A stretch of 64,000 bases of DNA from Oopsacas minuta. Lineage: Eukaryota; Animalia; Porifera. Below, one piece after another: positions 9,803 to 23,604 of the stretch. Both the position numbers and the translations under genes were made by a program. The DNA is taken from the NCBI GenBank assembly GCA_024704765.1, contig JAKMXF010000299.1, positions 248,001 to 312,000 of the forward strand. The letters are read 5' to 3'. Within the stretch, counting starts at the first letter, position 1, and each line of letters begins with the position of its first letter. Under the pieces are notes generated by a model that was not told where the DNA came from, searched no databases, and worked only from the letters and a program-made list of their open reading frames with translations.

Positions 9803-12800
9803 TCAGAGCAAGTCGTTAGGTAGTAGATGGTTAGACCAGATTTGTTCCTCGAATTGTGGAATGTCATCTTGAGGGAAATCAGAAGTATTTGGGAAAGAAA
9901 TAGACGAATCGGACGAAAAAGTAGATTCAATACTACCTGACAGTCCGCTATAAGCCCATGGAGTGGTCTCTCTGACAGGGGAACGAGGGGGCTCAGCGAA
10001 TTTACCGATAAAGTAGGATAACTCATTTGGATCAGTACAAATATCACAGGTATCATATGTATCAGGTCCAAGCATGCTCTTGAGAGCGTTCCTAGCTGTC
10101 TCAGCATCGTTTGCTTGTTTGAAAGTTAGGATAGCCGTTCGGTTTTTCACACTGTGAGCTACACTCGTACTCCCTAAGGGAGAGAAGTACCGTTCTAGCT
10201 GTGTCTTATCAATCTAAGAAGAGGGAGTAATATATAAATGAAAATATATGTAACAAATTGAATATTGAATTAAAAAAAATATAATTTACCCTTGTATTGA
10301 GCCCAGTGAGGAACAGCCAAGCTGCATCAGATCGTTCCAGTCCTATTTCAGCAGGTAACGAGTGTGTAAGTAAATCAGATTTAATTCCCATAGAATTATT
10401 GCTGTTGCCTTCCATCATGTAGTTAGGCATATACGAAGCAGACGGATAATTCTTGTTGCTAGGAACTAATAGAGGATTGTACTTGTCTGGAAATTGATTT
10501 GGAGACTTGTTATGCGAGCGAGTAGATAGAGAATCTACTACAAGACTTGAAGTTAGTTTAGATTGGTAGATATCTGTTGGAGTGAAAGGTTCATAGTCTA
10601 AAGTGTTTTCTAGTTTATTTGGGTAGAAGAGACGTGGTGAAGGAGGCGCAAAGCTAGGTGCGTGTAAATTAGCTGGAAGAGATGAAAATAGGTCGGAATC
10701 TTTCTCAGGTTCGTGCATATGTCCTGGGGGATAGAATGCCAACGCCCCAGGTGAAAAGGTATGTGCTTGTGTGCTGAAAGATGGAGAAGGAGGTACACGA
10801 TCATATGGCTCATGAAAAACTGATTCTTCAGGATCTATTAACTTATCTTCAAAAGCATCGTATAGTGAATTCAATTCTGAGAAATTAAATGACTCGTCTG
10901 TCTGTAGTGACGACATAGAACTGTTCATTTTCCTCTGTCTATTGTAATCTGAAACTTGTTGATCAATCAAGGAAGAACTACGGATGATATTATACTTCAT
11001 TGGTGAGTCGTGTCCATGGTACGAGGGGTCTAATGATTTAGTATAGTGCATTGGATCTTTTCCAATTGATTTCGATTCATTCTTATCATCATTATCATTA
11101 AACATATGGAACTTTACTAACTGCTGTACTATCCATTGTTGGTTTTTAGCTTGCCCCTGTCTTGGCGTTTGTGAGGGAGGATAGCCCATTGAGTATTCTT
11201 GTGGTGTAGAATAATGCTGTTCATAAGATGGAGTGTGTGATTCAGTGAGGGAAGGGATATACATTGATTTGTTGATGTATTGGTTACCCATGGGAAATCC
11301 ATTCAGGGGTTGAGCTATATAAATTATAAATTATTACATATATGGATCAAGATTTCAGTGGTTCCCAACTTGGGGGTCCATGGGTGAAAAGGTTAGGAAC
11401 CGCTGAGTTAAATTACGAATATTTGGCATACTTTAGGAACTTAAATACAGGTTCGAAAACATCTGTAGTCGGTAAAATTTGTTATATGTTAACAATTAAC
11501 GATAAACAAACAAATGTCAATTACCTGTAACATTACTCAATTGCTGTTGTAGCAGGTTGATAAACATGTTAGATATTTGTAAGTTAAGATTTATTTGTGG
11601 TGTGTATTGTTGTTTATTTCCTTGTTGATAAAGTGAAGACATTAGCTTCTGTTGTTGTGACTTCGTCTCTTGTAGCAAGTACTGAATAGCTTGTTCTAGA
11701 TTGAGTCCTTTTTGCATTTGTAGATACTACAATACAGAATAATAATTGGAAATTCTATACGCAAGTGTAATTAATACAAACCTGTTGCTTCATTAGCAAA
11801 TTAATTACGTTACGTTGCATTATGAATTGTTGCATGCTTGGGCCTTGAATATTAGATTCTGAGAAATGTCTCGAATACAAAGAATTCATGTTACCATGGT
11901 TGTATGTATGTGAGGTTGGCATTCCTCCCATCGTATCATCTATGATAATGTAGATAATTAAAGGGTATATCTCGTTACATATAGCTGATAGAAAATACCT
12001 GAAATAGCTGTTGGAAAGTCAAAATTGCTTTGCATAATTTCTTGTAAAATACGTTTCTATAAATGAAATAATGTAAAATAAACGTAATGTATAGTAGAAC
12101 CTCGTTCATACGAACACAGCGATTCAATTTGTATTACTCCAGATAAAGCCAATACATTTTGGCCCTCCGTTGGTGTTCGTATTAATGAGATTCCAATGTA
12201 TAAATATTGTAATAATCACGCATGCTTACCTGTTGATCTGTAAGAGAAGTATATTGCGAAGAATGTTTCGTATTATTATTCATTTCATAAGGTCCAAACG
12301 AGTTATAAGGCGATTTGAGATACATAAGCATGTCATTATCAGGTTTAAGAATCTAATAAAGTGATATTTGACATTAAATTGATATTGTATTAGAGAAAAG
12401 ATTCCATTAATACGAACCTAACGTTATGTCTATCAATAAGGTAATACTATTAACTCATAGATGAATGTTAATCTATTTAGTCTCAATGGAATGTTTAATT
12501 CAGATAAACTACTCAGAAGTAATTGGAGAAAAGATGGATAAATAAGTTATGAAAATATCGTGCTAGTCTATCAAAGAACTGGATGTAATAGATTAAGTTA
12601 CGGAACGATAACAAAGAATGAGAAAAATTTGATAATAGATCACTTATTGAATAGTTGGAATAATACCAGAATAGTGGATATCTATTCAAATGTAATATTC
12701 CAATATTAGAGGCGGAATAAATATTCGCCAGTTGCAATTAAATTATCATACTGTCCAATATAGCCGTGATAAGTGTTCAGTAAATTTTTATAGAAATTAT

Positions 12801-14193
12801 GTATGCATTTATGGTTAAATCATTATCTTACCGGCTTTTCTGGTTGACCCCAAAAGTCAGTTCCATCATCAAAGTTATCTTTAGGATTCATAGGTAATTC
12901 TCCCCATCCAATAGGAGCTGTTTCTAGTGTACCAACATTATGCTCTCCTAGAGAATTCAATCTTTTCTTACTTTTCACTCCTCTTCCAATCGCTCCACGA
13001 CCTACTCCATTTATAACAGGCTTAATTTTGTTTTGCAAACCTCCTACTATTCCTGGTTCTCCTTGAGTAAGTGTAGGAGGTAGACGGGAGGGACTAGAAC
13101 TGTTGCTATTAGATTCCTGGACAAAAGGAGGAGGGCTTGCACCAGAAATTGCAACTGACGGTGGCGTAGAATTACCTGAAAATCGTAATAATAAATCCTA
13201 TGGATGCTTCAATCATTAGCAAAATATGTTACGCCGTTTCCACAAAGTATTTCGCCCTGGTTAATCATTTAATCATGTATTTATCAAATAAAGTGACTGC
13301 AAGATAAGAACTTATACGTAACTAGATTGTATAGAAATAATACATAAGATTATGAAAGTAAAAAGTACGTATTCCACCACTCAATAGAACATCACTATGT
13401 TATCGTGTAGAAACCAGAAATTATCTTAGAATGTAGACGTGTAGGAAGAATTATGAAAAGCTCAACTAGCATTATACAAGTGTTTTATGCTAATTGGACA
13501 AAATTGTGAAATATTGACTTTGCAAAAATATATTTTCGGAAAGATACGAACTTACATGTTTGAGTATCCCAAACGCTAAATTCGCTTTCGCTCTTAACTT
13601 CATCGTCTCTGACAGCACCTGGTTCTTGTAGATATAGTGTACAGCCTAGAGCGTTGAATCCCGTGTCTACAGACCCCCCTTCACCAGAATTACTCTCGAT
13701 GACATTTGATTGACTTATGAGTGATATTTGACAGTTATCAGGAGATATTGGATTGGAAGGACCACTAGAATCAGATTTGCTATCAGAATTGGTGGGAGAA
13801 GTGCTTTTAACTCTTAGTGAATATATAGGATAATCTAATTCAGGTGAATTACGTCTGCAAATAATAAATGTATGTAAACTATGCTATCAGTATTTGTAAA
13901 ATTGCAACTTACCTTTCCATTTCAGGAGAATTTCTATCAGAAGAATGACCGTAATTATTGATAATATTTTCTGTAGCGATATCTTGTAGCTGAGCAGTAT
14001 TAAGTGTAGGCAGAGGTCTATATCTACCGTGAATAGTAGATTTACTAGGAGGACGTACTCTGAAGGGGTGCATCGAAGAGCCCAGGATATCCTGCTCTAG
14101 AGGAGGACAGAGTATCGAGTAAGGATCTGTCATAGATGGTATGTGTGAGGGCGTGAGTACTGTTGCATATTGGCCTGAGTCTGTTTTGTACAT
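9803..14193 (-). CDS. TNRC6: GW182/TNRC6-like miRNA effector, 9 exons: 14193-13913, 13854-13556, 13175-12832, 12352-12230, 12056-11999, 11939-11782, 11726-11525, 11314-10290, 10213-9803 (2901 nt, about 966 aa)
   Basis: All junctions are GT-AG with consistent phase. The product has an Ago-hook-like IGWGELP...FDDGTDFWGQP, a Q-rich middle, PAM2-like motifs, an RRM beginning WLFLTGLNTRIDKTQL (TNRC6 WLVLxNLTPQIDGSTL) and C-terminal LLPNDLL (TNRC6B/C LLPGDLL). The start codon is tentative. Confidence 0.8.
11356..11405. mobile_element. 50-bp hAT/Charlie-like miniature element in TNRC6 intron
   Basis: 14-bp TIR CAGTGGTTCCCAAC / GTTAGGAACCGCTG, resembling Charlie-type ends. No matching 8-bp TSD. Confidence 0.55.
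12092..12198. mobile_element. MITE family B (Tc1/mariner/pogo-like) in TNRC6 intron
   Basis: TA|TAGTAGAACCTCGTTCATACGAAC ... GTTCGTATTAATGAGATTCCAATG|TA. Confidence 0.8.
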
Positions 14194-15574
14194 TATTCGT
14201 ATGAGTGTTGTAAGGAATTTGATAAATACGCCAGTTATGCTATTAGTTGCATTTATTATACTTTCAATATGAAACAAGGCGCGCTAACAATAATAATAAA
14301 TCAGGTGTAACATTGTAGAATCAAAATATTTTGCAGTATTACAGTGTAAATTTGTGTATTGAATGGAAATTAAAGAGACTGGAATTCAGCAATGTTTATC
14401 ATCAAAAATACAAGAAATCAACGTGATAATGCATAAAATATAAAAATATAAATTGAGCATCATATGTCTAGGTTGAGTCCCAAACTATTTATTTTCTTTT
14501 ATAGCCTAGCTAGTATACATTATTGATCTCGTAGCAACAAGAAACTGCAATAGAAACTTGTAATTAGATATTTGGTAGATCACAGCATACAGTAGATGCT
14601 CAGATGTTATGCAATGGATGTCGTAATGAAAGTTCAAATAGTTTCAAATTACTATAGAATAGTGTGTGAGCTGCAGGTAATCAACAAATACAAATTCAAG
14701 AAGGAAAACAATTATTAAGATAGATAATTAATCCTGATTAAAGTGAAAACAGTAATCTACCTTCGTTAGCATTTAGAAAATGATTAATATTATCTCGTAA
14801 GTGTATGTGATATATGAGTTACAAATCCAGGAGAAAGTGAATTTCACATTAGAGATAAGCAAGCACAATACTTGACAACCAGAAATGACCTTTCACTGCA
14901 ATTCAACACTAAATCCATTGAAATTTATTATACTTTTCATCAATTAAGTGCTAATTACGTCACATGTATTGATTGTGATGAGAGAAAGTCACGACTACAC
15001 CTAACATGCATCATCGTCAAGTTTATGACCTAGATACAAGTAACCAGTTTATTTTCAATTTTGTTGTGCAAGTTATTACGTACCATATTCTAAATCTGAG
15101 ACACAGACGGACTGCATCTAGTTATACATTAAATAAATAAGCCATTAGTGTATTATGCCATTTCCAAATTAACAACACATTTGTAATCAAGCTTACGACA
15201 TCAAATTATCATCTCGCTAGCGCTAGCGAATATCAAATTTGTTTCGGTGAAATCGCATCGCATTCAAATTACATACAAATTTGATTAACAAATCTCCATG
15301 ATATAAGACACCATAATTTATCGTACGTCGAGTTTGTGTATTCTATTCCATTAGAGTAATCAATCCAAAATTATCTCCAAAATAAAAGTAATATAGTTTG
15401 AGGTATGATTTTAATCTACTTACAATGTACACAGAATAATAACTAAAAAATCGAGTATTAAGGTCGTTTACAGAACGTGATAGTGCTTAACTCTAATACA
15501 AGTGATTTGCAAGTGTAGCAGAACAAATGCCTTGAAGATGATATAATCAGTTTGCTTATGATTAGTTAGAGACT

Positions 15575-18500
15575 CTACTTGAACTCGTGTTTAGATTCAG
15601 AAACAGCAAGAGATGCATCAGGGATTTTCTTGTGGAATCCTTCTTTCCCTCTCAGCCAATAAGTTGTCATGCGTCCCTTCCCTTTCACGTCACGTGTTCC
15701 CCTACATTCCAACTGGTAACCACCTAGCTTGTTCAATATGTTAGCTGTATCTTCACTCACATGTACTCTTAGAGCTATTGTAAGTTTAGTAAATTAATAC
15801 GAGAAAAATGCACAATCAACTCCCGTAATATCGAAGCTCAAAGGACCGTGATAATTACTTCTATATGATCGATGAAATTTATGCTTCTCTGACAGTTTGG
15901 GGCTATATTTGTATAATTTCAGACTTCGATATCAGCAGGTGTTTCGACAAATCTGAGTTCAATGTAACGGATATTGACTGTATTTTATTTGATTTATACT
16001 TACCTAGTCCACTTGATTCCATACGAGATGATACATTGACTGTGTCTCCGAACAAACAATATCTAGGCATCTTAAGTCCAACAACCCCAGCAACAACAGG
16101 ACCTGAATGTACCCCTATTCTCAGCTGCAGAACAACATCCGGTTTGTGACGGATAGTGAAACGAGAAATATCACTCAACAGGTGAATAGCCATCTGACAG
16201 ATTTCCCCAGCGTGAAGGTCTCCATTACGAATGGGTAATCCTGACACAACCATGTCTAGTAGATACAAATAATAAATCAGTGAAATTTACACTCTGATAA
16301 TATACTTACAAGCATCCCCAATAGTTTCTACCTTGTACACATCATAGTTATATAATGCATGATCGAAAGCAGAATATAAATCATTCAAGAAGCTAACAAC
16401 TTGCATGGGAGTACTTCCACCAGCAATCGAAGTAAATCCAACAATATCACTGAAGTATATTGTAACACAATCAAACGTCTCAGCTTCTACAGTTCTTCCT
16501 TCTTTCAGTGCTTCGCTAACAGATCTAGGTAACATCCCTATGTAACAGAACAGAGGAATAAATTCATTAATATTCAAATGATATAATTATAGCATATTCC
16601 TTACTGGAGAGTAGATCTTCAGTTTTCTGTTTCTCTACAGCAAGCTGTCCTGTCCTAGCTGCTACTACTTTCTCCAAGTTTGTAGAGTATTTCTCAAGCT
16701 ACAAATACAATAGAAATACATAAACTATGGACTATCGTTATTACAAATTCGGAGTAGAATTTTCAACACTCCCTTTGGTATCATATTAACAGGAGTCTAT
16801 TGTATTACAATAAATTACAGTGAAACGCTTAATAATTTTGGTTCCATGAGAGAAATGCAATTGCAATTTGATAAAAGTTATAATTAAATTACAAATTAAT
16901 ACTTTGTTCCACCTCAAATACTATTAGAAATATTCAAATTTATGAAATATAATACTAACCATGTAGACGAGGTTATCGATTAGTTCTCCTTTCTGTGGGT
17001 TAATCTCTTCTAGAGAATTGAGTACTTCGGGTATGGTAGGGCGCTTACGAGAATCATCAGACCAACATCTGGACATTAACTAAAAGAGATAATTTTATGA
17101 ATGATAATTCTAGAAGGACAGTTTACCTGAACTCACAGATTTCAAATCGTATTCGCAATCTTCTTTCAAGTTAGGTCTGAAATGAGGGGGATTTCCTCCT
17201 TTGTATCTCTCAGCCAAATTCTACAAGAATCACATATAAAATACCGAAATAATTAGTATATAATAATAATTATAATAATACCGGTGGTAGAGCATGTATT
17301 GCATGATTCTTCGTTCCACAAATAGTGTCTAGAATCTCAGTAGGCAGCATGTAATCCAGGAAATCTGAAAACGGACCTTCATGATTCACCATTTCTGACA
17401 TAATTAGCCCGAGACTAGAAAGAAAATCGTGGATAAATAATATCAGCTAGAAAATACAATATTATATACTTACCAGTATACATCACCAGCTGGTGTACCA
17501 TTCTCCACATGATCTGGATGTATAACTCCACACTTCAAAAATTCTGGTGGTATCCATAACAGAGATCTAGAATTATGTGATAAACTTCTATAATCAAAAC
17601 TACAATTACTAACTGTGCAACGCTTCTATCTTCAAACTTAATAGTAGTGTATTGTACTTGGCTATTCTGAGGAATTCCAGAAATATCAGCTCTATCACCA
17701 AAGTCTTGTAGTCCTCTACTATGCATTGCTTCCTCATCGATCGCCTCTTTAATGGATTTGAATGGTTTCTTAGGCACAGTATGTTGTCCAGACTTAAACA
17801 TATGTAGCCCGAAATCTACAAATACAAATAATAAACAGTTTCAAATTAAATGCTGGATAACTTGTAGAATTTCTCACCAGTTATCTTTACACACCATCTG
17901 TTATCTACAACACAATTTGAAGATTTCAGTCGTCCGTGAGACTTGATAGGAGATTTGCTAAGATAGATCATTCCACGGCAAATATCCTAAACAATAATAT
18001 TATAAAGCAAATAGGAAATACATAGAAATTGGATGCAAACCTTCATCATTGAATATTTGAAATTCCAATCGATTTTAACTTCAGATGAAGAGAGAAGATC
18101 ATCAAGAGATCCCTAAATAAACACAAAATTAACAAGCAATGTATATAATAATTATTAAATCTACCTTTCCAGCTAATTCAATAAGAATAGCAACATTCGG
18201 TGCTTCCAAGCAAGCACCTATGAAATTCGTAACGTTAGGATGTTTGAGATCTCTCATTTCCTTTATTTCTTTTCTGAGAGTTAAAGTATCTATGACAGAG
18301 TCTTTTCTAAGTCGTTTTATGACAACAGCATTGTCTCTATACATTCCCTCATTCCGTATTACATGTCTACAAATATTATACAATACAATAAATACACCAA
18401 GGATATGTCATTTATATCGTGGTGGCAGTAATAGCAAGTTAATATAACTCTATATGGCAAATACAGTAGAACCTCGTTAATACGTACACCAAGGGACCGT

Positions 18501-21500
18501 CGAGATTTGTACTCCTTATCCGGAGTAAAAACAATTGAATATCTACTGTACGGACTAAAATTGTGTAAAATTCTGTTCGTCTCAACCGGAAATTCGTATT
18601 AAATGTGTTCGTATTAACGAGGTTTCATTGTATACAGTTTTGACGAAAATGGTCTCCCTATATCCTTATTAGATATTTAACCATGGAGGGGATTTCTATA
18701 TACGTAACTAAATCCACAATCCATGGTTAAATGTCTAATAAACATATATGAAGACCATTTATTGAAATGAACATACCTGTTCCGCTTAATCTGAGATTGC
18801 ATAGACATAAGGGATCTGAAAGACTTTCCATCATCTGCATCAGTAAATCTCACTTGTGCATAATCAATCTTCCAATCATTATTAGCCAGCGCAGCTTTAT
18901 ATCTCTCTCTTCTTATGATGAATATAAGTAATAGAGTAATTAGCGTGATTATACCACTGACTACGATTATAGCAACTATTAGGGTTGGTATTACAACGAG
19001 CACTACGTTCTGGTCACAGTTCTGTCCAATGTATAGTGAATCACAGGTACACAACCCATTGCCAGTAGATCCTATAGAATGCATTATAAATATAGTTTTA
19101 CGAGAACCCATCGTATATATGTATACAGCCAACTCCCTTTATATCGAAGCTCAAGAGATCACAGTAACTACTTCTATATAACCGATGTAATTCATGTTAC
19201 ATTGACCATATTAGTACAATTTCAGACTTCTATATAAGCGGGTATTACGATATATCCATGTTCGATATAATGGGAGTTGACCTGTATTATAAAATAGTGT
19301 ATTTACCGCTATTGCAAGTTCCGTGTTCTCCACAAGCACACAGGCCACTACAATCAGGCCCCCAGTAATCATCATCACACTGACACAATTCAGGAGCAGC
19401 ACAATAACCTTGTCCCACCACACAACTAGCAGAACATACAGGAGTACCACAGTCATTTCCTACATATGAAGCGTCACAAGAGCAATTATCTGGTGCTATA
19501 CACTCTCCATGTTTGCATTGGGGATTACAAAGAATTTGTTCACAGTTATTTCCAGCATATCCTATAATAAACCAATTTAAAATACAACTCGAAGTACTGC
19601 TAGATTTAACAAACTCACCAACTTCAGGTAATCCTTCTTTAAGTTTACATCTACAAGTTTCCATAGAAACACACTCTCCATGATTCCAGTACCAAATTAA
19701 GTCTGGGTCACTTTGGCCACCTCCACAGCCGCCGGTACAGTAGAAAGGAGCTGGTACCTCCATCACGTAATTTCGCGGTGCTTCACTCGCGAAAAATGGT
19801 TCAAACATTACCGTTCCATTCAACCTGAAAATATATAATCATGGAATTTATGCATAACTTGTATAAGTGATAAGTTACCTTATAACGTTATTAAATGTAG
19901 TATTAGCGTATCTTCTTATTCCCCACCAAATTCTATGATAAGTACCATTGTTGCGATCTACAGTATTACGATAATACTGTTGTCTGTCTATCAGATTATC
20001 ATCTTCATCGAACGAGAAGTATCCCACGCGTAATGACTAGAATAATCAAATCAAATGATTGGAACATAAACAAACAAACAAAAAAATATTACTTACATCC
20101 CATAAAGTTAGTATCAGTCCATCCGGTTGAGGATCGGCCATATAAATCAATCCTAAATATGAAAAATACTCGTGAATATAATCAAACAAAAATATTATTA
20201 CGTCACCCACCATCAAAACCAAGTCTGTCTCCATTCTCATCAAATTTAATATTTCCACTCAAACCATCAAAAGATATCTACAAACAAACAACACTCCAAA
20301 TTTGTACACAACAACAATACAACAAACTTACGTTTCGTACGATCGGTAAAAGCATATCAGGGTCAAATGTCATATTCCTTTCAAAGAACCAGCAAGACAC
20401 TTTCAATTGTGCAATAACCGCATCCATAAATAAACCATATCTCCCAGTAGTTGTCGGTGCGTAAGTAATGAAATATCCTCTTATCTTATAAGGATCAAAT
20501 TGTGTATACAAATCGTATAGACCGTCTCTGTATACAGGAGCATAATAGTCCCTCTCAAAGTGGTAAGATTCGTGCAGCAGAGCTTCTGATATAAAGAATA
20601 TACCCGCGTATGCGATTGTACACTTCAGATCCCCATCACATCCTGGGAGATGGTTCTTATAGCCGAAGTAATCAATAGTATCCCCAGCCCCTACCCATTG
20701 GTAACCATGGTAACAAGAGAATTCCTGATAAATACCTTCTAAGAACAGTCTATGAACGGTAGGTGTACTCATCAGAACGTATATAACCTTAATACCCAGT
20801 GATTTAATGCTGTCAACTGTTTCATTCATCTTATCATCAGGTAATTCAAGTGCCCCGGTTAAGGAAGAAGCTCCATCAATCTTGATCTCATAGAATTCAA
20901 TGCCTGCATCTAATAATGCTGTATAGAATCCACTCTCTAGTGGAGTTTGAGTATCAGTCACTACGATGATCTTGTTCCAATAATGAGCATTGAAAAACTT
21001 TAAAATTCCGTTAAATTGAACTTGATAAGATCTGTTAATTCGATAGAAATAAGGGTGAACATCTTTGTTACTAAAATCGTCTGAATCAGATAGGTACATA
21101 CCAACAACTGGTATCTTGTCTATGAAAGCGAAAGAGCTTAATGCCATTGTATCTTGATTGTATTGTCCACCGAGGATAGCGTGTATGTGATCACCAGCTG
21201 GGTCCTATAATGAATCAGTAAAGAAATAATATATGTATATAGAGTGAAACCTCCACAAAAGGGCCCTGTAGAAACAGGAACTCACCCTATTTACTGCATC
21301 AATAGTACGGTAGTATTGGTATGCCCAGCTAGAATTATCTGCTTCATATGATTGTCTAAGAAGAAGAGAATACTCCAGCTGTCTTCCTTGCGCTAAGAGG
21401 TAGAAATAGTATAAATAGCTGCCCATCATTTATGGTAAAGTTTTAGCTAGGAACTTACCAATAAATTCAGGATTCCAATAACCTTCATTAATCATTATTC

Positions 21501-23604
21501 GTACAGCTTCAGAGAAAGCCCATTGTAAACCGTTTCTTGACGCAGAGATAGTCAGTGAGAAGCGAAGTGTGCCAGATGAATTAAATAAAGGAGTCGAAGC
21601 AGTACTGAAAACAGTCCCATTAAAACTGACTGTTGAGAAAGTGAGTGATAAGTTCTCATCAGGTCGACATACAGATCCGTGAAATGTTCCCATTCCTTGA
21701 TCCATGGTAAATGTTGTGCTGTCTACTGATAAGCAAGCAGTAGGAGGATTCAATGTAACAGTTATTACCTATTTATTAATGCAAAACTTTAAGATACTAT
21801 TTTGTTTTACCCACTCGATGAATGCTAGTTATTAACCATGGATGGTGAATTTAGTGTATTCAACTCCGTTCAATCAAGCGAGGAGAACAACATCCAAGCA
21901 GATATAGTAAATCCACCATCCATGGTTTGATAACTAACAAGCATATAGGGGATTATTTTCGTCATAATAATTTTCAAAATAACGAAATCATTGTGTAGCG
22001 AATCGAATTAATACAAACTATTTATAAATTGAATTAAAACTCACCAAATTACTATCAGGTCCACTAGTAATGATATTACCATTGCTATCATGTACAGACA
22101 GTTTAGGAGGATTAACAAGCTTGAAATTAGCATTTACAGTCTCATCCATATCAGTAGTATCAATACGTAATTCATTCATCGTAGAAGCTTAAATTACAAC
22201 AAAATGAAACAAAATTTTAAACACGAAATAAATACAAATTACCTGTTACATTAAACATATGCGAAACAGCAACAGCAGGAGAATCCAAAGTAGCAGAGAC
22301 ATTCAGTAGTTTTGTTTCACCCACAGGGCCAGCATACCATTCCTCTGTATAACTAAAGGGTCTTCTTTCCCAAGGAAATACAGTCATTGTTTGAGTAAAG
22401 TTAAGCTGCACATCATCCATTACATCCAATATACGAATACCAGTGAATACAGCTTCACCCAGTACAGCACGTTTCCTGATCATTAAATCAAATTTCGCGT
22501 TCTCTATGACGTTAGTTCCTCCTAATGTTACATTAGTCTCTATAACCCTATGATAATTACCACCTACATCTCTTCCTTTCTGTAGAAGCTTGAATTTGTA
22601 ATGGACATAGCAGTCAATGTGTAATTGTGAGTGAGGACCTTCAGTCAGCTGTGAGTAGATACCAGAGCCCAGTGGGTATTCGTATACGGTACGAAGGATA
22701 AAGTCGAATGGTGTATTTACATCAATAGAGTTTCCAATTGTAGAACTGTGTATTACTACTTTTGCAGCCGGATCTGTGTGTAGATAACCAAGGAAATATA
22801 GGAAATTTTAGTAGTATCGTGAGGTGGAGTTCGCCTATTAGCTAGTCGTATCTTGATCAAATTTCCCTTGCAAATACGCGAATATGCTATTAGAAGAAAT
22901 ATTTCCAATACAAAATGGATTCTAAGTCCTGTAATTCTTGCAGTCGACGAAAATTTTTAATAGGCAAATTGCTAATAGGGGAACATCACTGTAAATGATA
23001 TTTTGTAATAATCAGATATACCCAAAAGTTGCAATGTAAAATAAATTACAATAGAGAACTGATTTAACTTACGAAAAACTCTATATTCATTGCTAAATAC
23101 GCTAAGACTGGTTCCATTGTAAGTTGCATTGATCATGTATTGTCTGTAAGCAGTGGTAGCCTCCGTATGTAGCATTCTAAAGAAATAGACCTCTCCGTTA
23201 CTAGAACTGTTTCGTCTATATCCCATAGGATAAGTACCACTGGTATCACAAGCCCATTGATCAGTAGAACTCCCATTCTAGAAAAAATATGAATTCTAAA
23301 TGCCATATAAGGAAGTGTGTAAATTGACATACCCAATATCTGAAGGTTGTTTCAGAGTATATTCTGGTTCCACCACATAACAAGCCGGTGTAGTTCTCAG
23401 CTCCAGAAGCAGGGATTGTAGTTACGGTAACTGTGATATCATCTTCTATAATATCACCACCTCCATCTACTAGTTGTATAACAATAGGTTGAGGTACTTG
23501 ATCCATAGCTGCGATATTATACAACTGTAAGTCTGGGTCTGTTGGTATTGAGGCAGGAGGTTGATAATCATCATGTAGTTTTAGAGAGAATTGAGCGTTG
23601 AGTG
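15575..23604 (-). CDS. Receptor-type guanylyl cyclase, more than 20 exons: Ig-like repeats + ANF-receptor ligand domain + EGF repeats + TM + kinase-homology + cyclase. 5' end not resolved.
   Basis: Cyclase motifs [72 protein letters not shown]. Kinase-homology [11 protein letters not shown] and [14 protein letters not shown] at about 18900-19000; EGF repeats 19020-19750; [18 protein letters not shown] ends the ANF domain. Confidence 0.9.
15813..15980. mobile_element. MITE family A in last guanylyl cyclase intron (orientation opposite to 278 and 9221 copies)
   Basis: CAATCAACTCCCGTAATATCGAAG ... GTAACGGATATTGACTG|TA. Confidence 0.8.
18464..18630. mobile_element. MITE family B in guanylyl cyclase intron
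   Basis: TA|CAGTAGAACCTCGTTAATACG ... CGTATTAACGAGGTTTCATTG|TA. Confidence 0.88.
19126..19284. mobile_element. MITE family A in guanylyl cyclase intron
   Basis: TA|CAGCCAACTCCCTTTATATCGAA ... TTCGATATAATGGGAGTTGACCTG|TA. Confidence 0.85.
21824..21938. repeat. Intronic inverted repeat with about 31-bp arms; probable MITE of a fourth family
   Basis: GCTAGTTATTAACCATGGATGGTGAATTTA versus TAAATCCACCATCCATGGTTTGATAACTAAC. Confidence 0.75.
22823..22991. mobile_element. MITE family C in guanylyl cyclase intron
   Basis: GGTGGAGTTCGCCTATTAGC ... GCTAATAGGGGAACATCACTG|TA. Confidence 0.8.

Noticed and set aside
12513-12737. 74-aa Leu/Asn-rich ORF inside a TNRC6 intron
   Set aside because: No convincing splice sites or motif; the flanking exons join in phase without it.
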